From Macrostomum hystrix (lineage: Eukaryota; Animalia; Platyhelminthes): a stretch of 64,000 nucleotides of DNA. Under the pieces are notes generated by a model that saw only the letters and a list, made by a program, of their open reading frames with translations, had not been told where the DNA came from and ran no database searches. The position numbers and the translations under genes were made by a program. Positions 1 to 11,624 of the stretch are shown piece by piece; the stretch's first letter is position 1, and every line of letters begins with the position of its first letter. Where the stretch lies: assembly GCA_950097015.1 (NCBI GenBank), contig CATNEN010000001.1:18104001-18168000 (forward strand), written 5' to 3'.

Positions 1-1859
1 GGTTTTGAAGCGATGCACACCCACCCAGCATCATCATCTGACAACTCGGGAATATCGGATGTGACACTGGCATCCGGCAGCTCCGAATTCCCCTCAGCGC
101 CGGCACGCAGTGGTGTCGAGTGGGCCCAGCTGTTGGGTGAAGTGAAAGAGGGGTAGGAATTGCCTGCTGTTATGATTACTTGTACACCTTATTTACACCT
201 GAATTTCCCACAAATTAGAATCAATTTATTCACCCAGGGTCATCAGCCGAATGATCTGGAACAGCTGATCCTGCACTGAATTCACCGGTAGGCTTCTGGG
301 AATTCCCAACAGAAGCACATGGCGGCGCCGGACTCAATGAGTTCTCGGCTCTTGATTTCAATAAACAAAAAGTTGGATAGTCCTTTTGGATGTGATTGTC
401 GTACTCATCATTGTCATCATTAGGCTGATTTTGAAAGCGAAAAACTCCAGAACTGAACTCACCCAGCAGTCACGAAGCGCAGAGACTCGTAGTGTTCACC
501 ATGGCGATCATAGAGAAGCCGCACCACAGCAGCCGCAGGCCTCCTAGCAGCTGAAACTTGCTGAACCTGCTGGAGCTGACTTCTGTCACCGTCAGCATAC
601 TGATAGATGACATAGTCCACATCCAGCAGCTGGTTCAATATGGGTGCAATGTGCTCATGCACATTAACTCTAGCGCGCTGAGTCTCAGCTACCACTCTGT
701 CCACTGTCAGCCCAATAGCCTTCAGTGTGATCTGCTGAGCTTCCAGCAGCGGTCTCGCATTGGCAGCTATGGTGCGCCGGAGTTGCTGGTGGTCCATGTA
801 GATTGGAGTGCCAATCAGCTGGTCAGAGATGGCGTGAAACCAGCAGTTGCCATCACCGCGGACCCTGGTAACCTGAGTTGCACTTAGTGGCAAACTCTGA
901 GGCAGTGGCTGAAGGCTGCGAAATCAAAATTATCGAAAATAAATGGATTACTGGTATGTAAAATATGAAAAAGTCATTAAAAGGTTATCAAACCGCATAC
1001 AAATGCATTTGATGTATTTGCATGGCACTTTCTGAAATCTGAAATCCTTGCTTATGACAATTTTACTAAAAAACTAACGAAATATTTGTGCATAAAAGTC
1101 GTTGACTGAAAAAATATTGCACGTAAACTATTCTGAAACAAAAAATACTAAAAGCACTTAACAAATTTAATCTGCATGTATATACTCAGCAACAGTTTAA
1201 ACTCTCCCTCTTAAAATCGTGCGCTGGTTATGTGTGCGTCCCGTAAACCTTTCGGATGCATTAAAGTTCTGAAAACTTCATAAATGAGCAGCAGATATGT
1301 TCAACGTTACGGATCTACCATGTACCCATGAAGCCCTTGGGGGATTTCAATCTGCAGATAAAAAAACCATAAATGGCGAGCTCTTTAGTTAATTAAATTT
1401 CTATATCTCAATATTAATCTCAAAAGTTTCTAATTCAAAACCAATTTCATCGTCTTACCTGAAGCTTTGCTCCGGCTCAAGTGATGTCCGATAGTACGAG
1501 GGATTCGAGCTTAGTCGATCGTCTCGCTGCGATTCAGATTCTTCAGCCCTTCGCTGACTCGAGCGCTCTTTGTCGGCCTGCAGGCGGGCGACTCGCTCGG
1601 CTTCTGTCTCGGCAGACCTGCGCAGCTCCGAACGCTCTTTGTCGGCCTGCAGGCGAGCGTTCTTTTCTTCTGGCTTGACTTACTTTGACTTAGCGGCAGG
1701 GAGCCTCCTTTCTTCTGGCGATTCACAAGTCCTGCGCCGAGCCAACCGCTCTTTGTCCTTCTGCAGGCGCTGCTCTCGGGACTCAGCGGTCTCTTCTCGA
1801 CGACGTCGCTTTGCCTCGCGACTCTTCTGCAATGCACTTTTGGCACCACGCTTTACCAT
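1..1859 (-). pseudogene. Spliced STPR-repeat + OTU deubiquitinase gene, Helitron-associated; interrupted by a small insertion and continuing off the window start
   Basis: Exon 1859-1459 (ATG at 1859) encodes 23-aa STPR-like repeats (ETAESREQRLQKDKERLARRRTC; ETEAERVARLQADKERSSQRRAE) and ends at AG|gtaag. Exon 915-463 is phase-compatible and encodes OTU motifs GDGNCWF...EHYESL, ending at GG|gtgagt. Further probable exons lie at ~350-233 and below ~165. In-frame TAA at 1680-1682. Confidence 0.75.
1675..1708 (-). mobile_element. 34-bp 5'-truncated retroposon end with an 11-bp target-site duplication
   Basis: Flanked by identical TTTCTTCTGGC (1664-1674 and 1709-1719). It ends in a TAAGTCAAAGTAAGTCAA tail on the minus strand. 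Removing the 45 nt restores an exact 23-aa repeat, ESPEEKNARLQADKERSELRRSA. Confidence 0.7.
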
Positions 1860-1865
1860 TGTAAC

Positions 1866-1938
1866 AACTGACTGACTGACTGACTAAATGACTGACTGAC
1901 TGACTGACTGACTGACTGACTGACTGACTGACTGACTG
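1866..1938. repeat. (TGAC)n microsatellite
   Basis: Visible tandem tetranucleotide immediately upstream of the STPR-OTU start codon. Confidence 0.95.
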
Positions 1939-2907
1939 AATATGGATAGATTGTACTTTAAGATACGAGTAGATAAGAGCACGAGGGCGTACAAATATTA
2001 TTAACAATAAGGAAAAGTAGAAATGAAAATAATAACAATAACAGTAACCTATCTTTGAAATTATTGCAGGATTGAGTGATTAAGAGCTTTGAGGAGTAGA
2101 GTGAAAACAATTTCGCTGAAGATACTGTAGTCAGTTATATATTCATTTCAAAATTCGCAGTCGGATGACACAATCACCCATTGACACCCGGCAGGGATAG
2201 AAAGTAGAAAGGTACACATAGGAAAACAGGAGAGTGCTGAGGCAGTGGGCCTGTTGGACAGCAATAACGCAATTCACTTACAAATCAGACTGCAGACTGA
2301 TGCCAGGGGTACACATGCCTTGGCACATTGCCAAGTGAGCCAACAAACTCCCTTTCCCTCATTGAAATCTGCTATGTACATTTTACTTATTCAAATCAAA
2401 TCATCCAATCAGCCAAATTGGGTGATTTTGAGACAAATTGAGACAAATTTATAAACGCACGTACGGGTCGAAAAGCAGTGACGCAATTCTATTCAATTGA
2501 GAGTATCGGGCCCTGTTCTGTGCTATACCAATGCACGCGCGAGCGAGAAAAAGCACCGATGCAATCTAATAAAACTGACAGTGTCCGGCCCTATTCTAAT
2601 TTAACCTTGTTGGCCTCCTATTGAAAGCAATAGGAAAACTCGTTTTTCGAATATTTAATACCCTTGGCATTGACACAGAATGATGAAATTTGATCAGTCT
2701 AATCCTTGGATGAATTGGCACTTTTTAGTGAAAACAGGAAAAAAATTGGTCTAGCCATTCATTCGCTAGAGCATTTCAGATAGACAAACAGATCTTAGAC
2801 ATTTAGTATAGTAGGACTAGCAAGTTTTGTCCCCCTTCGGGGAGCAGAAATATTTTTAATTCGTCCAGTATACACATTTTAGCAGCTGTATTTTAGCCTT
2901 TTTTGCG

Positions 2908-3170
2908 CTACAATGATCAGTTGACAATGATCCCCCAGTTGATAATGATCCCCCAATTGATGATGATCCCCCAGTTGACAATGATCCCCCAGTTGACAAT
3001 AATCCCCGTTAATGATGATCCCCCAGTTGATGATGATCCCCCAGTTGACAATGATCCCCCAGTTGACAATGTTCCCCCAGTTGACAATGATCCCCCAGTT
3101 GACAATGATCCCCCATTTAATGATGACTCCCCATTGATCATGATGCCCATTGGACAATGTTGCCCAGTTG
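2908..3170. repeat. 18-bp minisatellite (CAGTTGACAATGATCCCC)n
   Basis: About 14 tandem units; explains the low-complexity ORFs predicted here. Confidence 0.95.
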
Positions 3171-3316
3171 AATTTTTATATTAGCTTGTTATGTAGAAAA
3201 TTGAGAAGAACAACAATTAAATGAATATTAGGCAAAATATTTATCATTATGACGTTATGAGATAACAAACTCAAAATGTCGAGAATTCAATTCAATGACA
3301 AAAGAAACATTTTGGC

Positions 3317-3826
3317 ATGATTCAAACTCTGGTTTAATCATGATTCAAACTCTGGTTTAGCCATGATTCAGACTCTAGTTTAGCAATGATTCAGACTCTG
3401 GTTTAGCCATGATTCAAACTCTGGTTTAGCCATGATTTAGACTATGGTTTAGCCATGATTCAGACTCCAGTTTTGCCATGATTCAAGCTCTGTTTTAGCC
3501 ATGATTCAAGATCTGGTTTAGCCATGATTCAAGATCTGGTTTAGCCATGATTCAGACTATGGTTTAGCCATGATTCAAACTCTGGTTTAGCCATGATTCA
3601 GACTCTAGTTTAGCAATGATTCAGACTCTGGTTTAGCCATGATTCAAGATCTGGTTTAGCCATGATTTAGACTATGGTTTAGCCATGATTCAGACTCCAG
3701 TTTAGCCATGATTCAAACTCTGGTTTAGCCATGATTTAAACTCTGGTTTTGCTATGATTCAGACTCTGGTTTAGCCTTGATTCAGACGCTGTTTTTGCCA
3801 TGATTCAAACTCTGGTTTGCTATGAT
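3317..3826. repeat. 23-bp minisatellite (CATGATTCAAACTCTGGTTTAGC)n
   Basis: About 22 contiguous units with no unique spacers. Confidence 0.95.
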
Positions 3827-4449
3827 TTATAATATTTCATTTACGAAATGAAAAAAATAAATTTAAATAATCTTCAATCACTACTGGCTGACAATTATTC
3901 TAAAATGATTTGACGCAGTGCAGAATCGAACCCTAGCCTAGCCTAGCCTATAACCTATTCCTAGTGCCTACACATAGGCTATTCCGACTGTTGGTTAGTG
4001 GGTGCAAAAATCAGCCTTATAAAATGAATTCTCAAAGTTCTGGCTTTGTACAATGAAGTAAGAATATAGAGTACACTCAGTCTCGCGGTTGTGTACATTT
4101 ATTTCAAATTTGTCTCCAGAGTGCAGGCTTCAATTTCAATCAGCTTGGGGTTTTTGCGCAATTTGACGATGCCATTCTAATTCAGTGGCAGTGAGTAAAA
4201 TTCTCAATAGGCCAAGATGGTTTGACCTTTAAAAAATCATGTTTTTCGAATATTTAATCCACTTAGCAATAAAGTTAAGCTTAATAAAAATACGTGTATA
4301 ATTGTCCCTATATTTGGCATATTTTGGTGAAGAAATGGTGAAAATTGGTTGAGCCGTTTGGGAGAAAATCAATTACAAGCAACCAAGCAACCAAGCAAGC
4401 AAGCATTTCATTTTTAGTATAGTGGTGGAGGAAAAATTGAGCATCATAA

Positions 4450-4610
4450 TTACTTATTCAAATCAAATTACTCAATCAGCCAATAGAGATAAATATATAA
4501 ACTCACGTACGGGTGCTAGAAGCAGTGACGCAATCCTATTCAATTGAGAGTATTGGGCCCTGTTCAGTGCTATAACAATGCACGCGCGGGCGAGAAAAAG
4601 CACCGATGCA
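4450..4610 (+). repeat. Second copy of the Helitron-internal segment at ~2385-2563
   Basis: Shared sequence from TACTTATTCAAATCAAA to GAGAAAAAGCACCGATGCA; cut off at 4611 by the retroelement. Confidence 0.85.
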
Positions 4611-4689
4611 TGCTAGAGTGTCTTCGGGTTGTGGCTGCTGCAGGAGTTGGGGACTGTCTGCGGGGTTTTCCTGCTTGACTGTTCCGGGC

Positions 4690-5233
4690 AAGGGTAGTCT
4701 AAACGCAGTAACCGGGCTTTAGCCACGGACTCCTAAGCCGAAGCGAGGCTCCAGATGAGAAATACCTGGGCTTCCCAGCCTTGTAAATCGCGGAGGTGAG
4801 CCCCGGGCCATCCCCCCGGGAATTAAGGGCCCTCTGAGCGAATCGGGGATTAGCCTTTCTTTGGGCGTCGCGCAAGGCCCGCTTTCATGTACCTGATTCT
4901 GAAGGTGCCACGTAACTTTGACTAAGTCTAACTTAGGGGCGGAATAGTTAAGGGTCGGGACCCTGAGGGAGTCTAGCGACACCCGTGCCCGCGCCCTGAA
5001 ACTGCCGACCTTGGGGATAGGCTAGAAATCGGTCGGCACGTCCTTTTTCTAAGAAGCTCTCTGAAGGGTAGTCTAAACGTAGTAACCGGGCTTTTGCCCT
5101 ACGGACTCCTAAGCCGAAGCGAGGCTCCAGAGGGGAAATACCTGGACTTTCCAGCCTTGTAAATCGCGGAGGTAAGCCCCCGGCCATCCCCCCGGGAATT
5201 AAGGGCCCTCTGAGCGAATCGGGGATTAGCCTT
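4690..5233 (+). repeat. About 170-bp direct repeat (4690-4858 and 5064-5233) in the retroelement 5' region
   Basis: AAGGGTAGTCTAAACG...GCGAATCGGGGATTAGCCTT occurs twice, nearly identical. Confidence 0.9.
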
Positions 5234-5705
5234 CTTTGAGTAACTTTTTAAAGACGTGTACTTTCCAAGGTAGGGCGATAGGCTGCTGCAGGCGCTGCCT
5301 GCGGTAGTACTGGCCCGCCGTACCTGTAGTGTAACAGTTCGCTATAGGGTTGCAGAATGAGTGCTGGTTAAAACCTAGACTCCTATGTCCCAATTTCGAG
5401 TGCGCTCAAGCAGTTGTCGGAAGCCGAGGCCGGAAGCAGAGCTAGCCAGGGCCCCAGGCCTTTCTCTCTCCTATCAGTTTACATTTTCTCGCTTTATCAG
5501 CCGCTGCACCGCAGTGTTTGTTCATTAGGGCCGGGATTTCTTTTTGATTTTTGCCAGGTGACAAGTCAGCCGGGCTTCTCAATTGTTCAGTTCGCCACGG
5601 CCTCTGTCGTGTGCAGAATCCCGCTTAGCCCACCTTTCTCACTTTATTTTTGCATTAGCGACACCCCCTCAAACTCGCAAAATCCTCATTTCCTCTGTGG
5701 TCGAC

Positions 5706-6782
5706 ATGTCTGACCAGGAGGATGAGGTGTTGGAGGCCGTCGGCAATGCCCGCCCACCGAGAGGCCGCGCTGCAGCTGCAGCGCGCGCCGAACCGCCTGC
5801 GGCCGCAGCAGGCCAAACAGCTGACCCAGTTGAGCGCCTAGCCTCCCTGCTAGAGCGACTTGAAGTGCGCCGCCCCCGGAATCACCGGGTGAAGGTGGCA
5901 ATCGAACCTTATGAATCTCCGAAGGATTCCTTCCCGCGCTGGCTGCGCCGGTTCAACCTCAAAATCGAGGCCGAGGGGTTAGAAACCGAGGAAGAACGAA
6001 TTCTGACCCTCCTAGCCCATTTAGGTGGCGAGCCACTAACGCAGGCTATGAGCCTACCGCGCCGCGGGACTTACTTGCGATTTGTCCAAGATTTAACCGA
6101 GGCCCTCAGCGGCGCCTGTACACCTTATGCCCGGCTCCTTAGCGGGCGGAACCTCAAACAGGCCCGTGACGAGTCGTATGCCTCCTTCGCCGACCGCCTG
6201 CGGTCCGCCGCCACCCAGGTGAATCCTAATGGTCGAGGCGCGCCCTTTGAACAGGCCCTCCTGGCTTCGTTCCTTGAAGGCATTACGGCCCCTTCGGAGG
6301 TGCTGGCCCCCATCATGCGGCTGGACTTCGCGACCATGGAGGAGGCCGCTGCCGAGCTGCGTGCCGCCACTCAGGCATTCGAGATGGCGGCCGAGCGGGA
6401 TCCGCGTCGGCGAGTGCGGCAGGTGAAGGCCGAGCCGGATGACAGGCAAGGATGCTCCAGCGAAATCCAGGCCGTCCGCAAGGATCAGCAGCAGCTGGCA
6501 CAGGAACTGGCCAGAGTCACCGAGCAGCTCGCGGAGGTCACGCGGCAGCTGCGAGAGCCGAAGCCGACCCCGGTCCTGCCTCCTTGTCCGCACTCCACAG
6601 GGCACCACTGGCATCACAGGCAGGAGAGGCCGTGGGCGCGGCGAAGGCACCGCGAAGGCACTGCTTCGGGAAACGGGAGTGGGGCCGCCGACTGGAGGCA
6701 GCTCAGTTATCCGGAGGCGCCTCAGGCAGCCCGGGCAATCGAGGCCCCCCCGTCAGTGCCTCCGTCCTCGAAGTCCGAGTGA
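5706..6782 (+). CDS. gag: Retrotransposon Gag
   Basis: Open frame from MSDQEDE with capsid-like motifs (FPRWLRRF, LLAHLGGEPL, LKQARDESYASFADRLR, FLEGI) followed by a coiled coil. Confidence 0.85.
   Translation: MSDQEDEVLEAVGNARPPRGRAAAAARAEPPAAAAGQTADPVERLASLLERLEVRRPRNHRVKVAIEPYESPKDSFPRWLRRFNLKIEAEGLETEEERILTLLAHLGGEPLTQAMSLPRRGTYLRFVQDLTEALSGACTPYARLLSGRNLKQARDESYASFADRLRSAATQVNPNGRGAPFEQALLASFLEGITAPSEVLAPIMRLDFATMEEAAAELRAATQAFEMAAERDPRRRVRQVKAEPDDRQGCSSEIQAVRKDQQQLAQELARVTEQLAEVTRQLREPKPTPVLPPCPHSTGHHWHHRQERPWARRRHREGTASGNGSGAADWRQLSYPEAPQAARAIEAPPSVPPSSKSE
6668..6720 (+). other. Programmed -1 ribosomal frameshift signal
   Basis: G_GGA_AAC lies in the gag frame (TCG GGA AAC, 6668-6674) and the protease is in the -1 frame. 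Downstream GGGCCGCC/GGCAGCTC can form a stem whose loop CTGGA can pair with TCCGG, giving a pseudoknot-like fold. Confidence 0.75.
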
Positions 6783-7211
6783 ATTCACTCGGCCGAGTCC
6801 CCAACCGAGTGCGCACCCGCCCCAACCGCTCCGAGAAGCTTAGCGAGGTATGGGTCGCCTTGGAGGTGGACGGGACACCCCTTGACCTGTTGATCGACAC
6901 TGGATCTATGGTAAATGTGGTCCCGGACTCGCTATCATCAATCATCCGACAGTTTCCATTCGAACCCCCTAAATTTTCACTAATTGCTTACAATGGCACA
7001 CCAATTGTTGCACTCGCGCAAGTCAGGATCAAATTACAGGTTGGCGCCGAAGCACTGGACACTATTCCTCGTGGTCGAGGGCGACTGCTCTCCCCTGCTA
7101 GGCGCTTCCTGGTTGGCTCACCATCACGCCATTCTCGATTTTGACTCGCGCAATCTTATAATCTACAGCCAATCTATCCCTTTCTCGCTAAGGCGGAGGC
7201 CTGCTCTCTAG
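6675..7211 (+). pseudogene. Retropepsin (aspartic protease) with an extra frameshift near 7050
   Basis: LLIDTGSMVNVV is in the 6452 frame, while the C-terminal FLVVEGDCSPLLGASWL is in the 6984 frame. Stop at 7209-7211 with no RT following. Confidence 0.8.
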
Positions 7212-7350
7212 GGTCGAGGAACTTCCTCCCTCCCCTTCTCTTTCCCCCCCCCCCTTCTCCCCCCTTGATACTATTTAGAGGGAGAGCCGCAAGTGTGGTG
7301 GGAGATATTCATTTCATTCTTAGGATAGAGATTTCATTCTAGCGGAAGAC

Positions 7351-7932
7351 ATGGCAAGCTTTGGCACCGTTCTGGCGTGGTGGCTGGAAGTAGTCGCCAC
7401 GGACTACCGCCGCGAACTGGCAGGAAAGAGGACCTGGCTGATGGTCCGCCTGTGGCTGCTACCCATGTTAGGACGAGCGGCCCAAGCAGGTGTTGACCTC
7501 GCCCTTGCCTGCCAGCTGGCGGAATCTAGGTGGTTGGCCCAAGCGTGGTGCGAGGAGCGGGATCCTCTGCCGCCTAGGGGAGAAGACGAAGCAAGCCTCC
7601 CTTGGAACCTGCGGTGGATGGAGTACAGCCCGCCAGAGGATTGGAGTATTACCATCCCCGATGAGCTCGCGTCCTGGCTACAGGCCAAAAGGATTCCAGG
7701 ACAGGAGGAGTTGGAGCACCAGCTGGTCATGCGCCGGATCGGAATGCCAGAGGTCACCCTGCGGTCAGCGGCAGACCCGGACTGGCGTGAATGGCTCCAC
7801 GGACATCGCATCGCCGAAGAGCCACCGCCCGGGGACAGCACGCTCGGCCGCATGGTGAGAGAGATGGAAGGTGAAGGAGTTAGCAAGGGTCCAGCAGAAA
7901 GTACACCCATCAAGGAGGCAACAGAAGAATAG
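7351..7932 (+). CDS. Orphan Trp-rich 193-aa ORF at the position normally occupied by pol
   Basis: ATG-initiated, GC-rich, uninterrupted and preceded by pyrimidine-AG acceptor-like sites. No family recognised. Confidence 0.55.
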   Translation: MASFGTVLAWWLEVVATDYRRELAGKRTWLMVRLWLLPMLGRAAQAGVDLALACQLAESRWLAQAWCEERDPLPPRGEDEASLPWNLRWMEYSPPEDWSITIPDELASWLQAKRIPGQEELEHQLVMRRIGMPEVTLRSAADPDWREWLHGHRIAEEPPPGDSTLGRMVREMEGEGVSKGPAESTPIKEATEE

Positions 7933-8991
7933 GGAACGCGAGGTAGGATTAATCGAGGCGGTGACCGCAGAACAGTCAATAGGACCCCTATCCACTAGGC
8001 CCCTGTTCCCTGTTCCCCCTTGTCCTTTCCTTTTTATTCTCGTCCCTTTTTCTTCTCCCCTTTAATAACTTTCCGCACCGCGCACTCTCTCTCGTATCGT
8101 TGTGTTTTCCTTTTCATTAAAGCCATCTTGGCGCCAAAATTCTGCCTAAAAATTATTATAATCTAGCCAAAACCACAAAAACATACGTCATGGGGTGAAA
8201 TTCCCCTTGTAAGATTTTCGCATGAGATGTTCTCAATAATTGTAGCTAACTATGAAGTGCACCTTCTTCTTCTTAAACATTTAACATTATTCGCACCGCA
8301 TTATGAATGGCACCCTTCTTTATCCTTTTTGCTTCGGGTGGGTCTGTGGGGTGCATCTCGGGACAATTTCTATTTTAGGAGGGATACCAACCCGCTAAAG
8401 TGAGCGGGGTGGTATGTTGGGCACTTCTATGTTTGTGGAGGGCAGTCATAAAACAAGGAACCGATCGGGCATACGATAGGACTTAAGGGAAGCGTTCTCA
8501 TTGGCTCAGAGGGTTAGCGAGTTGTCAAATGGTGGTTTCTTTCTCACGTAAATGCAAGGAGAATGAAGGGCACTTAGTCAGGGAACATGGTTGTTTACAA
8601 CTAGGATGAGTCAATGGAACTGTGGGCACCTAAGTAAGAACAATGTCATATGCTTCCGGGCCAGATTAAATTTACTATTAGTATGGGAGTGAACTTTAGT
8701 GGGCAAGCTCAGGTGATATGTTGCCTTTTCGATTGGAGTTTTGTTTTAGTATGAAGGAGCATAAGTTTTCTAAGAGAAAAACAGTGAAGAACTTAACGAA
8801 AGCGATTGCTTAGAAATTACACATCGTGTGTGTAGGCTGAATAGAAATATTAATATTTGTACAAAGGACGTTATACACCAGAAAATTATGTTGGCAAATT
8901 AAGGAAGAAGCAAGTTATACACGAACAAAAGATGTTTTAAAAGAAAGATGGGTCACTTCCCATAGGCAAAAAGAATTTCACGTAGTCCGCT

Positions 8992-9662
8992 TCATTGGCG
9001 TTGGTGGCTGAACCATAGCGCCGCCGCGGCCATCATTAGTCCGGCCGCCGTGGCCAAGCCAAGTGGCCCCAGCAGGGCATTGTTCCGAAGCATTTCAGCT
9101 ACATCTATCTGCCCGAAGGGCACTTCGATTTCTGTGGGAAGGAAGGCGGGTTTTCCATGTCAATGATAAACTCTGATAGTTGGAAGTATTTCAAATGGTG
9201 GCAAGATTTGGGTAGGGTTTTAGAAGTTTTAGAATTCAGGTTAATGCAACTTACGAATGCTTAAGGTGATCCGCGTGGGCGGTGGCGGCATGTGACTCTG
9301 AAAATTAGGTGGGCGGAAAACTTGTGAGTTGTCGAAAGCTACGGTCGCCAACATAGGTATTTAGCTTAGATTAAAAATTCATCCTAAATCATTACAACTT
9401 CTAACAGGGTTACGTAGCTAATAGTGGGATAGGGCATTTGTGCCCGGCTAGAAAACAATTATAGACAGGGACAAGTCGGGTGTGCCAGGTTCATGATTAA
9501 TGCTTATCCTAATAATTATGCAATAAACCTCGTAATAACCCCTTAATAACCGGCCTTGGGAGGCCTAGTACAAGCAATAACTCACCTTTCTTCAACAGGT
9601 GGCGGCTGGGTCACAGTTGGGCTATCAGATAGCGGCGTCGCAGGGTAGCTCGTTATAATCAT
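8992..9662 (-). CDS. Predicted 4-exon, 97-aa Pro-rich protein with a C-terminal hydrophobic segment, antisense within the retroelement
   Basis: Exons 9662-9586, 9447-9414, 9297-9255 and 9131-8992 are all GT-AG and phase-compatible (294 nt), with an AAAATG start. The protein ends ALLGPLGLATAAGLMMAAAALWFSHQRQ*. An additional upstream exon with a donor at ~9889 is possible. Confidence 0.55.
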
Positions 9663-11624
9663 TTTTGCCAATAAGGAGTTGAGCTTCGTTGGGTCAAAAT
9701 TGTTGTGTGTAATGGTTCTTTTAGAAAAGATAGCAGCTTGAGTTAATGGGGCGTCAAGTGTTTGTTTTTATAGCACTTAAGTTTAGGGGTAAAGTGGCGG
9801 GAGCGCCAGCCAATAGGAAGACAGTTGGGAATGTGGGAAATTCCAGTATAGGGGGTCCATAGTGACAGTTTAGTTGTTGGGGCCCTGACCTTTTCGGTGA
9901 GGAGACACCTCGGCCGGCAACAGCATCACAAGCGGCCTGAGCAGCGGTTTCCCCAGCTGCGACCAGCTGCAGCGCCGATTGGACCGCGCGCAACGGCTAG
10001 GCAACCGGCCCGGCGAGCATTCTCGGGCACGGCCAGCCGGAAACACCTGGAGCGCGCGGCAAATCAGAGGCTACCAATGCCCGGCAACAGGATCGGAGGA
10101 CGCGAACGGGCCAACCAATCTGGAACCACCTGGTGAGAGCACGGCCGGACCCCTCGGACTCAAGGAAAGACGGCCGGGGCCCCCAGGATTGCGCAACCGA
10201 GACCAAGCCGGGCAGGAGAAGATGGGCACAGCCGCAACCACCTAGAGAAGAAGGCGAGCCGGGACTAAGCACACCCCTGGGCATCAAGGACTTTCTTCGC
10301 CGCGACCGGAATGCGCACTCACCCCCCATAGGACGCTATACCGTAATCACTAGGGGCGCCGACCATTCTAACCTCTCGCACCAATCTATTTATAGTATTC
10401 GTACGTATGTACGCATTAGGATCTCTTCTCTAGCGGAATTCTTCTTAGGGTTCTGTACAGTATGTTGTAGGTACTCATTTTTTTTATCCCCTCGATTCTC
10501 GAGACACCCCGCTACTACTGTCAGTAGGCACGTAAGTGTCTTACATGAAAGTGAGCGATGGTGGAGTGATGTGGAGTGTGCTGCGGGAATCGAGTGGGAA
10601 TGTAAGCCAGCATAATTTTTCAAAATTTTTAAGTACATAATAATTGCGACCCACATAGCAGCTGGCCGCAAACACGATCATTAATCTTAGGGCCGGGTTT
10701 TGGGCAGCGGTGAATTAAGTAGCCGTCGACTCCCTTCTCCCTGGATCTGTCTAGACCCCTGTAGGAATGACTGATCGCGGCCATAGCTTTTATTGTATGA
10801 ATAGTTTAGGTCATAATTCTCCTCCAAACCGCGATCAGATATTGGGAATCACTCGGGCATTATGAGTGATCATTAATTCTTCATGTCCCCACTTCTTTAC
10901 AGTATTCGAGCCCAGCTCGACTTTATGACCTCCCTCCTTTAGATACATGTAAATGTCACTGTAGGCAGGTCGGCGCCTGCGCTTCCCATTGTCCTGGCGG
11001 AGTAACAATCATTGGCCGACTGCCGACGGCTGTTCGAGCAGAACATCTGTCGTTTCCCGCCGTCGGTTCATTGGGTAATCGGGGCGGCCATCGCCGCTTC
11101 GATTATCCGTTGACAGGCTGGCGCGAATGTGGGTTGTTTTGATGGATGTCGGGGTTGGCGTGCTGCAGGACTATATAAGAAAGCGCGCTGCGCTGCCCCT
11201 AGGAACCTAACCTTACTTTTCCCCGGACCTATCTCTTTGCCGGGCCGGACTCCCACCGGACCCAGAGCACTATTCCGGACCCACGTAGGGCTTAGACCCT
11301 TGAGCCTTGAGCTCCGAGCAGCTAGTACAGGCCCATTGCCTGTTTCCATTCCACTGAGCGCAAGCCACCTCTTTAGGTGAGCTCTAAATTGAGCCACTGT
11401 GCTCCCAGTGTGTTGGCCCCTGCCAACTCGCAGAAGATTTCCTTTCTCTGCCTTGCTAATTTTGCCCTGCCTTTCTTTCCCCCGAGAACAACGGGACTGC
11501 AGCACGCGGCCAAGCGAGATTCAGATAAGTAATCCGCGCAGCGGTTTATTATTGTTAATCCTAAGGGACAATTTACTTTTAGTTAGGCGGCACTTAGTGG
11601 GAGGGGAGCTAGGAGTTCCTTCAG

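Larger units (their letters stand above)
1..2816 (-). mobile_element. Helitron 5' portion, probably containing the STPR-OTU gene; left extent uncertain
   Basis: Minus strand begins TCCTACTATACTAAATG at 2816 (5'-TC terminus), directly after the CTAG end of another Helitron. STPR repeats and OTU domains are known Helitron-associated modules. Confidence 0.55.
2817..4429 (-). mobile_element. Non-autonomous Helitron carrying two minisatellites
   Basis: 5' end TCCACCACTATACTAAAAATG at ~4429. The 3' end has a hairpin TCCCC-GAAG-GGGGA (2830-2843) about 10 nt before a terminal CTAG (2820-2817). Segment 4230-4360 resembles 2630-2770. Confidence 0.65.

Noticed and set aside
3317-3826. CRISPR-like appearance of tandem arrays (also 32203-32658 and 49253-51002)
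   Set aside because: Units are contiguous with no unique spacers, there are no cas genes, and the context is eukaryotic.
11135-11180. Start of a 3' LTR matching 4611
   Set aside because: Only a short GGGTTG..GCTGCAGGA resemblance with no extended identity, so paired LTRs, a PBS and a TSD could not be established for the gag-protease element.
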